A stretch of DNA of 64,000 nt from Octopus bimaculoides (GCF_001194135.2 NC_068982.1:167345063-167409062); one strand, 5' to 3'; counted from the stretch's first letter, positions 15,136-28,681 are shown. Made by a program: numbers and translations. The notes: a model not told the origin generated them from the letters alone.

Positions 15136-15399
15136 TTTATTATAAATTACTTTTCTCTGTTATCACAGCTAATCTTATTCTTGAAGCAGAATCCTGCAAG
15201 AGAAACATTCCAAACTAAGAATAATTGGTGCAGTTAGCGATTTTTTAACATAATCCCATGCTGCTTGACAGTATAGAAGCACAAACTTCCACTGTCCTTT
15301 AGGAAACAACCTTGCAAAACTAAGAAGGGAGCAAGAAATATGTTGTCTTCATTATGAGCGATGGATGCACAAATTGTACCGTCGGGGTCTTTGGCAAAG

Positions 15400-15960
15400 T
15401 GACAGATGTGGTGGTTGCCCAGAATTATTTGTATAAAATTGATAATTGGTATTTTTTGTTATATAGCTCTTGTTAGTACTAGATGTGCTGTAACAAAGTC
15501 ATGACAGTTAGAGCAAGGAAATGAGTGCTGAAAGTTAAGGAAGACAGACCTCTACTGGCTACAGTAAATTTCTGTTTTTGTGCAAAAAGTTGAGTTCAAG
15601 AACCATGAGTAAAAGTTGTGATACTGCTTGGCAGTAAGACATGGATATTGAATGTGGAAGATCTGCTTGATACAGCATGAGATGATGTTTAACTGCATAA
15701 AGAAATAACACAAATAAGGCAGGCCGTTAAAGGTATCAGCTGAGACAATTAGGCAAGTATTGATATATGATATGAATGCTGATAAGTGTTAAGAGGTTTA
15801 AAAAAAAAAAAAAAAAAAAAAAAGAAAGAAATGTCATGTTCTGCCAGTTGAGTTTTCTTGGAAAGAGGAAGACATAGTGGAGATTGAAGTCAAATTTGAA
15901 GATGTTGGACTTCAGAAAATATTACAAAAGATTGAGACTAGCGTGATAATATGCCGGACT
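15400..15960 (+). mobile_element. Decayed RTE 3' remnant
   Basis: Remnants such as ggcagtaagacatggatattgaatgtggaagatctg (GSKTW..NVED). Confidence 0.5.
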
Positions 15961-16065
15961 GCAGAGCCATTCAACACACACGTTTATAGAATGTATTCAT
16001 TCTGTTATTTATTAAACAATCTATGTTGAAATCTCTCTCTCTTATTCGTACTCTTTTCTTTTTAG

Positions 16066-16147
16066 GTCCCCTGCATTTAGTCATTTCATCAGCAAGTGCC
16101 TCATCAAAGATCCAGCACAGCGTCCAACGGCAGCTGAATTGCTACAG
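16066..16147 (+). CDS. SLK: SLK exon, subdomain XI
   Basis: tttttag|G TCC ... CTA CAG|gtgaac gives WSPAFSHFISKCLIKDPAQRPTAAELLQ; 82 nt, ends phase 0. Confidence 0.95.
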
Positions 16148-17746
16148 GTGAACTAATTAATCAATTTTTTTGCCACTTTTATTTGTTTAATTTCCATAAG
16201 AATTTAATTTCTTTTCTCTGTTTTAGAATGTTGACTTTTTTTAAAGCTGCCATTTTCTGGTATAGTTAATTATTTTCATATATCATTTGTGTTGTATCTT
16301 CTAGAACATTCACATTTTTCTGTTGGTCTTGAATTGGCACAGTTTAGAGTATTAAGCAAAATGCCTTCTTACATTTTGAGTTCACATCCCACTGATGTCA
16401 GTTTCGCTTTGCATCCTTCTTGGAGCAATAAAGTACTAATCTAGTGGTGGATGGCAAAATCCTTAGGCATCAAATGGAATGAGTGTGATATTTGTTCTGG
16501 CTCTTTGTGTTCTGAGATCAAATTCTACTGTGGGTAGTAGCCAAGTTTAACATCACCACTTGATCTTTGGAGCTTTTAGCTGAGTCTACTCTTTTGCAAG
16601 CATTTGGGTGAAGTCTCTGGTTTGAGAATATCTTCTTTCCTCCCTCTCATCAGTCAGAGAACCCCTATAGACCATTTTTTTCAACCTTCTACTATGCTCC
16701 ATCTTGTTCTCTTCTTTCTGTTTTTCTCTTTGTTTCTCCTACTTACACTTTATCCATTCTTCCACTTCTTTCTCCCTCTGTCTGTTTAGTTTACTGCTCA
16801 TTGTAGAATCCTTTTCTCATATTCCTTTACTAAAGACAAAGTATTGAGCTATGACAGTGTTGTAACTTTAATGAGTGATTCATTGTCTTGCAATGCCCAG
16901 TTCATTTGCTCGTATTGTAAAATCATCCAACAATTGGCTATCATCATCATAACTAGGTTAAATTTATAAGTCATCTATTTTATCTTTATAGAAAACTGGC
17001 TTGATGGATTGTTTTTGTGATTTAGAGAGGATTATCTTGAGTTCATAAATATAGATATGTAATCATTGTTATCTTTGGCATCAACCACACACATACATGT
17101 GCAAATTGACCAATCTTGGCAAAGATTTTTTTCCATAGATATTAGAATATATTCAGGTAAACCAAATTTCTTTTGCAGCTAATAAGCTACTGTTTAGCAG
17201 TATACTAAAGGATGGATTTTAAAGTAATAAAATTACATGTCAATTACCAATTCTAATTTGGTTGCTAGTCTTGCACTAAACTGCTGGAAAATCATTACAC
17301 ATATATACACTCAGTAGATTAAAATACTTCATCTTACAGAGGATGTTTATTTATATTGGATATTGGAAAGCTATATTCATATTATCTATATTTTGCTATA
17401 CAGTACTGATATGTAATACATATTACTGTATCATGAGTATTTTTATATTTTCTTCACAATTTACTTTCTATTATAATTTGTCTGGCAGATGTTTTTAGTT
17501 TTGCATTTACACTGATGCACATGTGAAAACATATGTACAGACATGGAAAATCACACATTCTGTCACTTATGAATATATGCATATATGTACAATTGCATAT
17601 GTATATACAGAGTCATACTCTTACAAGAGGGCAAGAAAAACACACAAATATTTGTCCAGGTAAAACACAATTGCTGACACACCTTGAAATAGAATTGGTT
17701 CTTTTTCAATTGGCAACTATCTAAACTTTGTTTTTTGTTATTTCAG

Positions 17747-17869
17747 CATCCTTTTATCAAAGCTTTTACTAACAAGAAAGCAATATTAAACCTGTTGAGT
17801 GAAGCAAAGGCTGAAGTGGAGGAGACAGTTCTTGAAATGGATGATGAAGAAGATATAAAGTCAATCAAG
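17747..17869 (+). CDS. SLK: SLK exon, kinase C-terminal extension
   Basis: tatttcag|CAT CCT TTT gives HPFIKAFTNKKAILNLLSEAKAEVEETVLEMDDEEDIKSIK|gttcac; HPF and EAKAEV motifs typical of SLK; donor weak. Confidence 0.9.
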
Positions 17870-17879
17870 GTTCACAACA

Positions 17880-18643
17880 GACATTTTCCCTTTTATAATA
17901 ATTCCTTCCTTAAGAAATTTGATCTTTTTTTTCCTCCATGCTTTTTGTTGTCATTTCCTTGTTTTTTTTTTTCATTCATTTTTTTTCCTTATGTTCATTC
18001 TGTTTCTTTCCCATTTAGTCTTTTACTTAGTCTATTGTCCATTTAGTCTTCAGCCTCTTCTTTATTTTGCCTGTTCACTGTTTTATCCATTTAGTCCTTT
18101 CCATTTTCAGTTTTTTACTCTTATGTATGTATGAGTTCATATGTTCATTTAGCTCTTCAGTTGTTACTTTATTTGTTCACTCGCCTCCTTCTCTTTCTAG
18201 TCTCTTTCATTTCCTTTTTCAAGTCCCCTTTTCTCGTTTGTTTCAAATCTCTCTCTCCTCCCTTCATTCTTTCTCTATTGCTTGCTTTTAAAATCTCTTG
18301 TATCCTCTCTCTCACAGTTTCTGCCTCATTTGTTTGTCGGTTGTTTCCTCTCTTTTCTCTACTCTCTCATATTCTTGTCTCTTACTCTTGTCTTTACTCT
18401 TTCTTATCCTCATCTTTGCTCCATCTCATCTGCTCTTTCACTTCTGTCCCTACATTTTCTTACATCTCTGCATTCTCTCTATCTTCTCATCTCATCTCTA
18501 CTTTTTCTCTCTTTCGCTATTCTATCTATCTTGCATGTGTCTGCTTTCTTTTACCTCCATCACCATTGTATATCTTGTTCTCTCTTTTGGACTTCCCCTT
18601 GCTCTTGCTATCTTGCTCTCATCTCTGCTTCCCCATCTGTACT

Positions 18644-18682
<39 letters not shown>

Positions 18683-18900
18683 AGTTTCTCTTGTTTTATT
18701 TTTTCATACTTTATTCATACTTTAATGCTCTTCTTTCTGTTTTTTATCATTCTGAAAATCATTCTTTGTCCCCATAGTTTTTATTTCTTTTAAAAATCAC
18801 ATCTTCTCATTCTATTTTATCCTACCATTAATATGCTTACCCCTTTACTCCAGATAACATTTTATATTCAGACTGCATAAAATATTTTTAGATAACATTT
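17880..18900. repeat. ~1 kb pyrimidine-skewed low-complexity tract with (CT)n
   Basis: Strong C/T skew on +; yields only Leu/Ser/Phe spurious ORFs. Confidence 0.85.
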
Positions 18901-19766
18901 TAAAAATTTTATGTTTAAATCTGTTTTATTTTTCATTTTATTTCCANNNNNNNNNNNNNNNNNNNNNNNNNNNNNNNNNNNNNNNNNNNNNNNNNNNNNN
19001 NNNNNNNNNNNNNNNNNNNNNNNNNNNNNNNNNNNNNNNNNNNNNNNNNNNNNNNNNNNNNNNNNNNNNNNNNNNNNNNNNNNNNNNNNNNNNNNNNNNN
19101 NNNNNNNNNNNNNNNNNNNNNNNNNNNNNNNNNNNNNNNNNNNNNNNNNNNNNNNNNNNNNNNNNNNNNNNNNNNNNNNNNNNNNNNNNNNNNNNNNNNN
19201 NNNNNNNNNNNNNNNNNNNNNNNNNNNNNNNNNNNNNNNNNNNNNNNNNNNNNNNNNNNNNNNNNNNNNNNNNNNNNNNNNNNNNNNNNNNNNNATATAT
19301 ATACTCACACGTGTGTGTGTGTGTGTGCATGTGGTCATATGTGCATGCACACATACACACATGTACACACCTGCATAAATGCACATGCTTGTATGTGTAT
19401 ACACTCTGACTTAGAAATGTATATACACATGCAGAATATGTTCACATTTAGCTTAGAACTCCTGATGAAGGAGTTAAAGTATTGAAATCTAACTCCATTG
19501 CCGATACATATCTGTATTCATCTGAATATGCACAGTCATACACTTTCATAACATACACAAACACAAATGTTGGTTCTCAGAATAGAAAATAGCCAGTATG
19601 TGGAGTTGACTGGAGAGTTGAATGGAGTGACCAAAGCCATAGTAATGCAGTGATGAAGATTTGGACAGCAAAGATGCTGATGAGCTTGGTGACATTGTGA
19701 AGCCCTTTATCTGCCTGCAAGCTGATTGCACTTTTTATTTTTGTTTGACCTTTCCCCTTCCCACAG

Positions 19767-19865
19767 AACATTCCAGAGGACAGCAAATCCTTCGATCTGG
19801 ACACAATCTCCAACCTGAATATTGAAGACATGGAGAAAACAGACCCGGGCAAGGATGACATTATT
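19767..19865 (+). CDS. SLK: SLK linker exon
   Basis: ccccttcccacag|NIPEDSKSFDLDTISNLNIEDMEKTDPGKDDII|gtaagt; 99 nt, phase 0/0, strong sites. Confidence 0.85.
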
Positions 19866-20559
19866 GTAAGTAGAGAGGTACAGAGGCTGTGGTGGTGGTG
19901 TTAGTGGCAGCATTATTGGAGGTGTTAGGTGTGTAATAGTGGTAGTAGTTTGTGGTTGTGATGCTTATAGTTGCACTACAAATTCCTCTCTGTCTCTCTC
20001 TCTCTCTATCTATCTCTCTCACTCAATCTCTGCCTCAGGAATTACACAATATTGTTTTGCTTAATACCTTAACATCTTATTCTAAAAGCCACAAATATTG
20101 TATTGAGCTTATTTTGATTCAGTTTTAGAAGGATAGGTGTCCAACAGTAAAATATGTTTTTACAAATGAAGAACAGACCTGGATTTGTAGAAAAAAACCC
20201 CAATCCATTGTAGAGTATTAAAAAATAAAATTATCCAGATATACAATTACATGCATGCATCACACTAACAACTCTACAAGCACATGCATGCACACACACA
20301 TGCACATGCACCCCCTTATTACTGCTAGTGCAGAGTTATAAATTACATAAAATTAATAAAGGATGTAATTTTATTGCTGTCGCTATGTTGTTTATAGTAC
20401 TTTCCAGTTTACAGTGAAGTGCTGGGTATTTGAAATAACTAAAGTTAGTCTTTGTTGAGAGAATGATTCAAATTCATTATGTTAGATGTAACATCAAGCA
20501 TAAAGCATTGCTAATTAGTGCTTTATGCTATACCTTGTGTGTTTTTCTTAATCATTTTA

Positions 20560-22040
20560 ATAACCATTTGAAGTTGACAATGATCTCTTGATTTGATGTC
20601 ACTAGAGTGACTAACTACTGTTTGGAATGACCACAAGAGATATGCACTTATGAAAAACAGCAGGACTGTTGGTAACAATATAGGGATGTTGAATATATGC
20701 AAAGTAGGACATGCACTAGTCACTTGTCTTTAATTGCTGTAAAAGCACAGGAGATGCTTTGAGAAAGAAGCAACTACAAAGACATCAAGCTAATAAACCA
20801 CTATATTAATGTACCAGAAAGAGTTATAGTTCAAAAGATTAGAAAAAATATAATTTAGATGAGATGCAGTTTGGGTTTGTACTACTGGTTCCCTCTCGGG
20901 AAGTGCTTAGAAAGTGCAGGCCACTGTACATAGCATTCATTGACCCCGCGAAGAACTTTAATAAGGTACTATGCTCTGAAGTCTGGTGGTTACTAAGAAA
21001 ACTTGTAGATAAATGAATTGTGAGAGCCATTCAAGCTAAAAGGTGCTGTTAGCAAAGGAAATAGCAACATATACAGCAAGGAATTTAGCATACAGGTAGG
21101 TAGCTAGCAAAGCTTGATACTCATCCTCTTCTGTTTATTATAATTCTCCAGGTCATATTAATAGTTCTGAATGCTGATACCCTAATTTGCATATTTGAAT
21201 CTGTTCATGATTTAGCAAGAAGTTCCATTTGCAGAATCAAATCCTGAAATCATGAGGTTTTCAAGTAAACCCACCAAAGATAAAAATGTATGCTGCTATC
21301 TGGAAAGTGGCAATGCTCAACACACAGAAAAAGAATAGATAGAAATGTCAAACAGTGTACTTAGTGTAAACTATGATTGCTTAAGAAACGCTGTAGACTC
21401 ACAGACAGGCTGACAAAGAAGAAGGACTTCATATGTGATAGATGCATAAGAGTAATTATTAGTAGAGTCCCCACCATAAAGTTCTTTCAAATACCAAGAA
21501 GGCTCCAAGAAATAGTTGCCAGTTTCTGTTACTTAGGCAATCAAATTAGTGGTATAATAGTGTTTTGAACACATAGAAACCAGAGTAGAAAGGGGAGGTC
21601 AAAAATCCAGAAAGTTATTATTTTTACTAATAGCAAAGGGATTATCTATCCAAGAGAAGGGCAGATAGCATGATGCTTGTATACAAACTGCATTGTAGCA
21701 TGGTAACAAAACATGGTCAGTGAGTGTAGAGGATGTGTGAAAGCTGGGAAGAAATGAGGTGAGTATTCTCTGCTGGGTGTGTTGAATTAATTTGCATGAA
21801 GGATGGACAGCAAATGAGCTTAGAGACAAAAAAAAAAGGATGTCACAGAAATCAGGTGTGCTGGAGAGAAGACTTAGCTAATATAGGCATATGTAATGCA
21901 TATAGATACAGTTGGGTAACAAAGTAATAAGCAATCCATGTGGAAGGAAGCTACAAAAAAAAGGAAGAATAATTGTTGCAGACGAAGACCTACCCAACCC
22001 ATGCAAGTAGAGAAAAATGGACCTAAAATGATGATGACTG
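20560..22040 (+). mobile_element. Decayed RTE LINE with internal deletions
   Basis: LDEMQFGFV at ~20853, DFICDRC finger remnant, HGNKTWSVSVEDV*KLGRNE, tail ggacctaaaatgatgatg. Confidence 0.8.
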
Positions 22041-22714
22041 TTGACAATTTTAATATATTATGTTAATATTTTTCTTAATTATTTCTCATGAAGTCATTTT
22101 TATTATTTGGGATTTGTTGATAATATGACTGACTGTTTCAGCCTGTTAATGCATTAGTGTGCTGTCTTGTCAACTAAAGGGTGGGTTTTGTATTTCATCA
22201 TCAGCATGTTGCCTGTCCTGGTGAAAACATTAAGCTCTCAGTCCATTTTGTAAAAATGGGATATAATTGCAAGAGATACATTTCATCACTGTAAGCCATG
22301 AGATCTCTGTTTTATTGACAAATATGTTTGTTATTAGTAATATACTACATAATTGACAAATGCACTATGTATCTGGCAAATTTATTGTCACACAATGCAG
22401 AGTTCAAATCATGGCATGTACAAAACCATGACAACCAAGACACCTTATTTGAGAAGTTCTTGTAGTTTGTATTTGATATTTTGAATTTTTTCTGCAAAGT
22501 GTTACATGTCATACAGAAATTAATCAAATATTGTCATGTTCATACGTGATTCTTTACATTGAGAAGTATCATTCAACTGACAGGTTGAACTGTCTATGGA
22601 AATAATAAATGCAAAGGTTTAGAATTTTTACCATTCATCCATTTTTGATTGTTTACATTGCAATTCCTTAATTTCCCTACTGCTTAATGAAATCATTGCC
22701 TTCTTCTTGCACAG

Positions 22715-23134
22715 ATTGATAATGATAATAAAGATATTCCTGCCCCTGATGACTCCAGCACACCCTCACCAGCTTCCGTTACCTCAGACAAAGACACGAA
22801 ACAGAGCAAAACTGTTTCAAATGATTCCAGTAGTGTTTCCATTCCTGAGCCTTCTTCCAAAATTCCCCAAGCTTTACCCGATACTACTGAATGTGCTTCT
22901 AACAGTCCAGAAGTCCCATCTGAGGCTCCAACCCCTATCAGTGAAAGTTGCAGCTCCCTGTCTGACACCCATGAGAACATTGCACAAAAGCCCACCAGTC
23001 TGCCTGTCAGTAGTAATGATACCATGGCTGAAATTAGTGTTGATAAGAAATCATTGGAAACCACTGAGGACTTAGATCGCTCCTCTGATGAAGGGTTAGG
23101 TCCTAGTGGAGATGAGAAGTCTGATGCCAGTGCG
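22715..23134 (+). CDS. SLK: SLK Ser/Pro/acidic linker exon (140 aa)
   Basis: ttgcacag|IDNDNKDIPAPDDSSTPSP...DEGLGPSGDEKSDASA|gtaagc; 420 nt open frame, phase 0/0. Confidence 0.88.
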
Positions 23135-23918
23135 GTAAGCGGTTGATTAATCTTATTTATTTTAATTTGGTTTTGGTTAACTCAGCCTTTATCTTGCTTC
23201 TTTTTTTTTTCTTTGTTATGAAAGGCAATTTTTTAAAATTTATTTTAGCCACCTGTAATTGTCTGAATTAATCAGAACAATTAATTGTAGAATCGTTGTG
23301 GCTTTGAGGCTACTGAACTACAAGGTGTTGAATTAAAACCTTTAAATAGCTATATATGAACTTTCTTTTGTCCTTATATAGTCCTACTTTTGTTATTTTC
23401 TTTTTAATTGTAGAAATGGTATTCAGATGTAAAATATATTAGCCCTCATTAATTCATAAGTTTTTTTCTATTATTTGTAATTGTCAATTGATATTATTAG
23501 CTAGTTTTAGTTGGAGATGAAATTGAGCTTTCCATATGAAAGTTATAAAGTAAATATTTTGATTTCTTTTTGCATGTTTTACATTTGTTTTTCAAGTTAA
23601 CATTAGTGGAATTATTTTTAGCAAATTGGATGTTTGTATATTGTTGGAGCAAATGTTCTTGCATCTGGATACCATTCTTGAAGTAATAGTGTAGTCTGCA
23701 TGTTTTTCAAATAGATTAAGGCAAGCAGAATTGTGCCTTCATCAGAGACCCAGCACAATACCTAGAGTAAGATTTAAACCTAATTATGCTTGTTAAGTTG
23801 TCCAACATCTTAATCTCATGCCATTATATTTTTCTAAACACTTAATAAACTATTTCAGACACATCATTTCATTGCCCCTACTGCTTTTCATTGTGATTTG
23901 TTTGTTTGTTTGTTGTAG

Positions 23919-24635
23919 AGCCCTGCTAAAATTGTCGAGGACAAAATTTTGGTTCCTAGTGGTCCAGCAGATACTGTGATTTCAACTACGTCTCCATCAG
24001 ATATACTAATTCAGCAAAAGGAGGAAGATTCTAACAAAGCTAATATAGCTTACCAGATTCTTGAAGACATCATTGATGACGTCATCAAGTCAACAACTGT
24101 CCAGCCTTCCATTCCAGCAGTTGTCTTTGATACAGTTAGTGATGTGGTCGGAGAAGACAGAGAGATTAATGACCAAGATGAAGTGCCAGGTGATTTCCCT
24201 TATGAGAAAATTACCAGTGACGAGCCCATTAGTGCCTTAGATGAGACGGAGGTGCAAGAAGTTAAAGTCAGCATTTTAGAGGACAATGAAGACAATGTGC
24301 CATGTGAACCATTAACTGATTTGAATTCTGTGTTTACAATCAATGGACAAGTGATACCAGAAAACCATAATGAATTTGTTGCTAATGGTTATGTACCTGG
24401 GACAGAAAATGGTACATATGATATGAACAATGTGTCTGTGGCTAACACGAAGCCACAACCAGTCCAACATACGGACTTAGACACATTTGAAACTAAACTG
24501 GATATTTCAAACCCAGATGATGATGAACGACTAAAAGATTCTGATACCCTTACCTCCCTCAGCAGTTTTGAGAAAGAGGAGAAGAAACCAACAAAAGATA
24601 ATGCTGTGTTACGGTATAAGCAAAGGCAAAAAACG
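23919..24635 (+). CDS. SLK: SLK acidic linker exon (239 aa)
   Basis: tgttgtag|SPAKIVEDKILVPSG...KDNAVLRYKQRQKT|gtgaga; 717 nt, phase 0/0; overlaps track ORF 23949-24761. Confidence 0.9.
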
Positions 24636-25323
24636 GTGAGATCTTTCTTTAAGTATTTATTTTTCTTGTTCTTGTATTTAATATATTTACTTATTTCCTT
24701 CAGTTTTTATGCTCATATTTTGAAAAAGACTTACATTTTGCTTGTCTTTTCTTTGTTGTGAAGGAAATATTTTGTTTGTGTATGTATTATTTGTACAAAT
24801 AATACATACACAATGTATTAACTGAAAGGGAATAGTTAAAATGAAATGAGTTGAAATTCTAAAATATTAAGAAATCAATTATATTATTGAAGAGTTAAAG
24901 GCTTGAACAATGGTTGATGGTTAAGAAGACATTAAAATAAATATTCAGCTGGTCAGGGAACGAAATTATTAATTTGTTAATTGAACTTTACTTGAAGCGG
25001 ATAAAGAAAAATTAAAAAATTAAGCCAAGAATATCTATTAGAGTAAGTGCTCTGGTATAATTGTATTAAAGTTACTCTTTTGACATGAGGAATTGATATT
25101 TTCCTTTTATTAAATGACTGTCTAGAAAGTTGTATCAACAGAAAAGAATTGGATTATCAAATAATTTCTGTAATATAAAACATATAGAAATGAAATATAC
25201 ATGCATATGGGTGTTTATGCTCATAATACATGTGCAAATGTATATGATGGAAATATGTGCATGCTTGTATATAGTCATAACATTTAACACAGAAATTTAC
25301 TTGTTTAACTTTGACTGATATAC

Positions 25324-25500
25324 ATCATCATCATCATCGTCGTCGTTGAACGTCCGCTTTCCATGCTAGCATGGGTTGGATGATTTGACTGAGGACTGGT
25401 GGACCAGGAGGCGACACCAGGCTCCAATCTGATTTGGCAGAGTTTCTACAGCTGGATGCCCTTCCTAACACCAACCACTCCGAGAGTGTAGTGGGTGCTT
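25324..25500 (-). mobile_element. RTE 3'-end short element
   Basis: (CAT)n aacgtccgctttccatgctagcatgggttgg ... gagagtgtagtgggtgc. Confidence 0.9.
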
Positions 25501-25740
25501 ATATATATATATATATATACATGTGTGTGCAACTACAATTTTTCTTAGTTTGCTGTAAATGGCAAGAATATTTTGAAATATGATGATGGTCCTTTTTGCT
25601 CTCCTCATTTTTATTTCTCTCATGTATCATCAAAGTTTTCTTCTTCATACTTTCAGTTTAATTTAATTAAATGAAACAGAAGTTACTTTTTTTTCCTGTT
25701 GTAATTAGTTTATGAATTTTCATGTATTGAGTACTGTATT

Positions 25741-25793
<53 letters not shown>

Positions 25794-26763
25794 TAAAATT
25801 TAAAATTTGTCTCCTTTCATTATAGATTGGCGTCATTTCTTTCTGGCATTGCAGCTTTTCACTTTCTTTCTGTTGCTTTCTTTGGCTCTTAAGTGGAAGT
25901 CCTTTTAGATAACTAAAGCTGTTCTCCTTATCAGTTAATCTGATAACATGGCTCTTATCTGATTTCATATCATGTTTTCTATTTTGTGTTCAAATATGGC
26001 AAGTGGTTGTGTGTTTATTTTAATTTCATTGATGTTGCTAAAGCCTTGTAAAAACTTGATTGAAATAGGTGCTGAGCTCAGATGTGAGAAAAATAAAACT
26101 AAATTCTGTAAAAAATAAGATCTTTATTAATTCTGTAAATAATAAGTATTATTAAAATGTTATAGATATCTAAGAATGTAAGGGAATGGGTTGGAATTAA
26201 ATTATTTAAAGTATTTAGGTCTGATAGTCATAATTCTGAGTTCATATCATAGTAAGATTGATTTTCATTTCAATGAGATTGATAAAATACATAGCAACGA
26301 TATATTGAGGTCAGCTTAATCAACTCTACTTCTTCCATTCAATCAAATTATGTGAGAAATCATTGTATGTAATCATTTTCTATATTTAATGTATTGTCTG
26401 CACATGCTATGTTGTTATTGTTGAGAAAATGAAAATAACCTTTTGCCATCTAAACTGTATTTTTTGATAATGTTTTGAGTGTCTTTTTGACAATAACAAA
26501 TCTTTACAAATTTGTTTGTATATTGTGTCTATACTTGATTTTAATTTATAATTGCTCAGAGTAGGATGATAATTTGCTGTTTGCTGAGTTCAGTGCTTTT
26601 AATTTCATTTGATTGCATCATCATTATCTCTATTATCATTATTCTTTATATCATTTTTAAAAGTGTGGTAGAGTGAAGGAAAGCACTGTACTATTTACAT
26701 TTGCATTTAGTTTTGCACCTCAGCTGGCAGATTGGAATTTGCTTCTCATATCAATAAATTTAA

Positions 26764-27367
26764 CACTTAGCATTTAAAATGGCCATATCCGGCCAAAGTA
26801 TTCTGACTGTTATATATTCAAACAGGCCAGATCTGGTCTCTCACACTAACCTTACAATATCATTTTAAAAATTATAGCACTTACCTCATCAAGATTAGCT
26901 ACAAGATAATGCATGATTAGTTCAAAACAATGTGAATAAAAAAAAGCATTAATTTGGCAGTATGAAAGTGAAATCGTGATGGCACCACCATTCGAGCGTG
27001 ATTGTTACCAGCGTCACCTTCCTGGCACTTGTGCCGGTGGCACGTGAAAAGTCATTTGAGCGAGATCATTGCCAGTGCTGCTGGACTGGCTCCTGTGCAG
27101 GTGACACATAAAATACACCATTTTGAGCATGGCCGTGGCTAGTACCGCCTGACTGGCCTTCGTGCCAGTGGTACGTAAAAGCACCCACTACACTCTCAGA
27201 GTGGCGGGCATTAGGAAGGGCATCCAGCTGTAGAAACTCTGCCAAATCAGATTGGAGCCTGGTGTAGCCATCTGGTTCACCAGTCCTCAGTCAAATCATC
27301 CAACCCATGCTAGCATGGAAAGCGGACGTTAAACGATGATGATGATGATGATGTTAACACTAAAGGG
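26764..27367. mobile_element. piggyBac-type MITE interrupted by an RTE-tail element
   Basis: TTAA on both sides (26760-63, 27368-71); ends cacttagcatt / aacactaaaggg are degenerate CCCTTTAG-type TIRs. Confidence 0.6.
26962..27353 (+). mobile_element. RTE 3'-end short element inside the piggyBac-type MITE
   Basis: Same family as 10355-10690, with (GAT)n tail. Confidence 0.9.
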
Positions 27368-27754
27368 TTAAATATCAGTAATGCACTAGAATCAATTCAG
27401 TCTTGGTGACCACTATTTTCCCTATCTCAGGGAAAGAAATTATTATCAAACTTCCTATTTCTCTTGAGAAAAGAAATGTCATACTTCATGTCTATTTAAT
27501 AAAAGACAATTTTCTGTTGTTAGCAATAAGTTCTCAATGTGTAGAATCTGTAGCAGTGTTTCAGGTTTTTTTTGGGACCATTTCTACTACTACTCTTAGT
27601 TAATTCCTTCCATGAAAATTCTGTGTTAATTGAATATTGTAATTAAGAAAAGCACTTATTAGTTCAAGACTTTACTTGGTTGATGTAATTATTTTAGCGT
27701 ACTCCTCCAAATTGATTTAGTAATAGTGTGGCACGGACATGGCTGTGTGGTAAG

Positions 27755-27981
27755 GCGGCGAGCTGGCAGAAACGTTAGCACGCCGGGCGATACGCTTAGC
27801 AGTATTTCGTCTGCCGTTACGTTCTGAGTTCAAATTCCGCCGAGGTCGACTTTGCCTTTCATCCTTTCGGGTCGATAAATTAAGCACCAGTTACGCACTG
27901 GGGTCGATGTAATCGACTTAATTCCTTTGTCTTTCCTTGTTTGTCCCCTCTATGTTTAGCCCCTTGTGGGCAATAAAGAAA
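27755..27981 (+). mobile_element. Second SINE family nested in the head of a tRNA-head SINE
   Basis: gcggcgagctggcagaa...gtcgactttgcctttcatcctttc...taaagaaa flanked by TAAG duplication; full copy at ~43117-43345, fragments at ~8790-9130, ~16330-16440, ~47950-48430. Confidence 0.85.
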
Positions 27982-28046
27982 TAAGAAGCTTGTTTCCCAA
28001 CCACATGGTTCTGGGTTCAGTCCCATTGCATGACACCTTGGGCAAT

Positions 28047-28681
28047 NNNNNNNNNNNNNNNNNNNNNNNNNNNNNNNNNNNNNNNNNNNNNNNNNNNNNN
28101 NNNNNNNNNNNNNNNNNNNNNNNNNNNNNNNNNNNNNNNNNNNNNNNNNNNNNNNNNNNNNNNNNNNNNNNNNNNNNNNNNNNNNNNNNNNNNNNNNNNN
28201 NNNNNNNNNNNNNNNNNNNNNNNNNNNNNNNNNNNNNNNNNNNNNNNNNNNNNNNNNNNNNNNNNNNNNNNNNNNNNNNNNNNNNNNNNNNNNNNNNNNN
28301 NNNNNNNNNNNNNNNNNNNNNNNNNNNNNNNNNNNNNNNNNNNNNNNNNNNNNNNNNNNNNNNNNNNNNNNNNNNNNNNNNNNNNNNNNNNNNNNNNNNN
28401 NNNNNNNNNNNNNNNNNNNNNNNNNNNNNNNNNNNNNNNNNNNNNNNNNNNNNNNNNNNNNNNNNNNNNNNNNNNNNNNNNNNNNNNNNNNNNNNNNNNN
28501 NNNNNNNNNNNNNNNNNNNNNNNNNNNNNNNNNNNNNNNNNNNNNNNNNNNNNNNNNNNNNNNNNNNNNNNNNNNNNNNNNNNNNNNNNNNNNNNNNNNN
28601 NNNNNNNNNNNNNNNNNNNNNNNNNNNNNNNNNNNNNNNNNNNNNNNNNNNNNNNNNNNNNNNNNNNNNNNNNNNNNNNNN
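28047..28681. other. Assembly gap; others at 4114-4394, 18947-19294, 29533-29685, 49466-49571, 52140-52234, 54579-54759
   Basis: N runs; small exons inside them cannot be excluded. Confidence 1.

Noticed and set aside
18131-18793. Overlapping 128-220 aa Leu/Ser/Phe ORFs
   Set aside because: Artefact of the CT-rich tract
24636-24761. Hydrophobic TM-like C-terminus of the 270-aa track ORF
   Set aside because: Read-through past a good GTGAGA donor into T-rich intron
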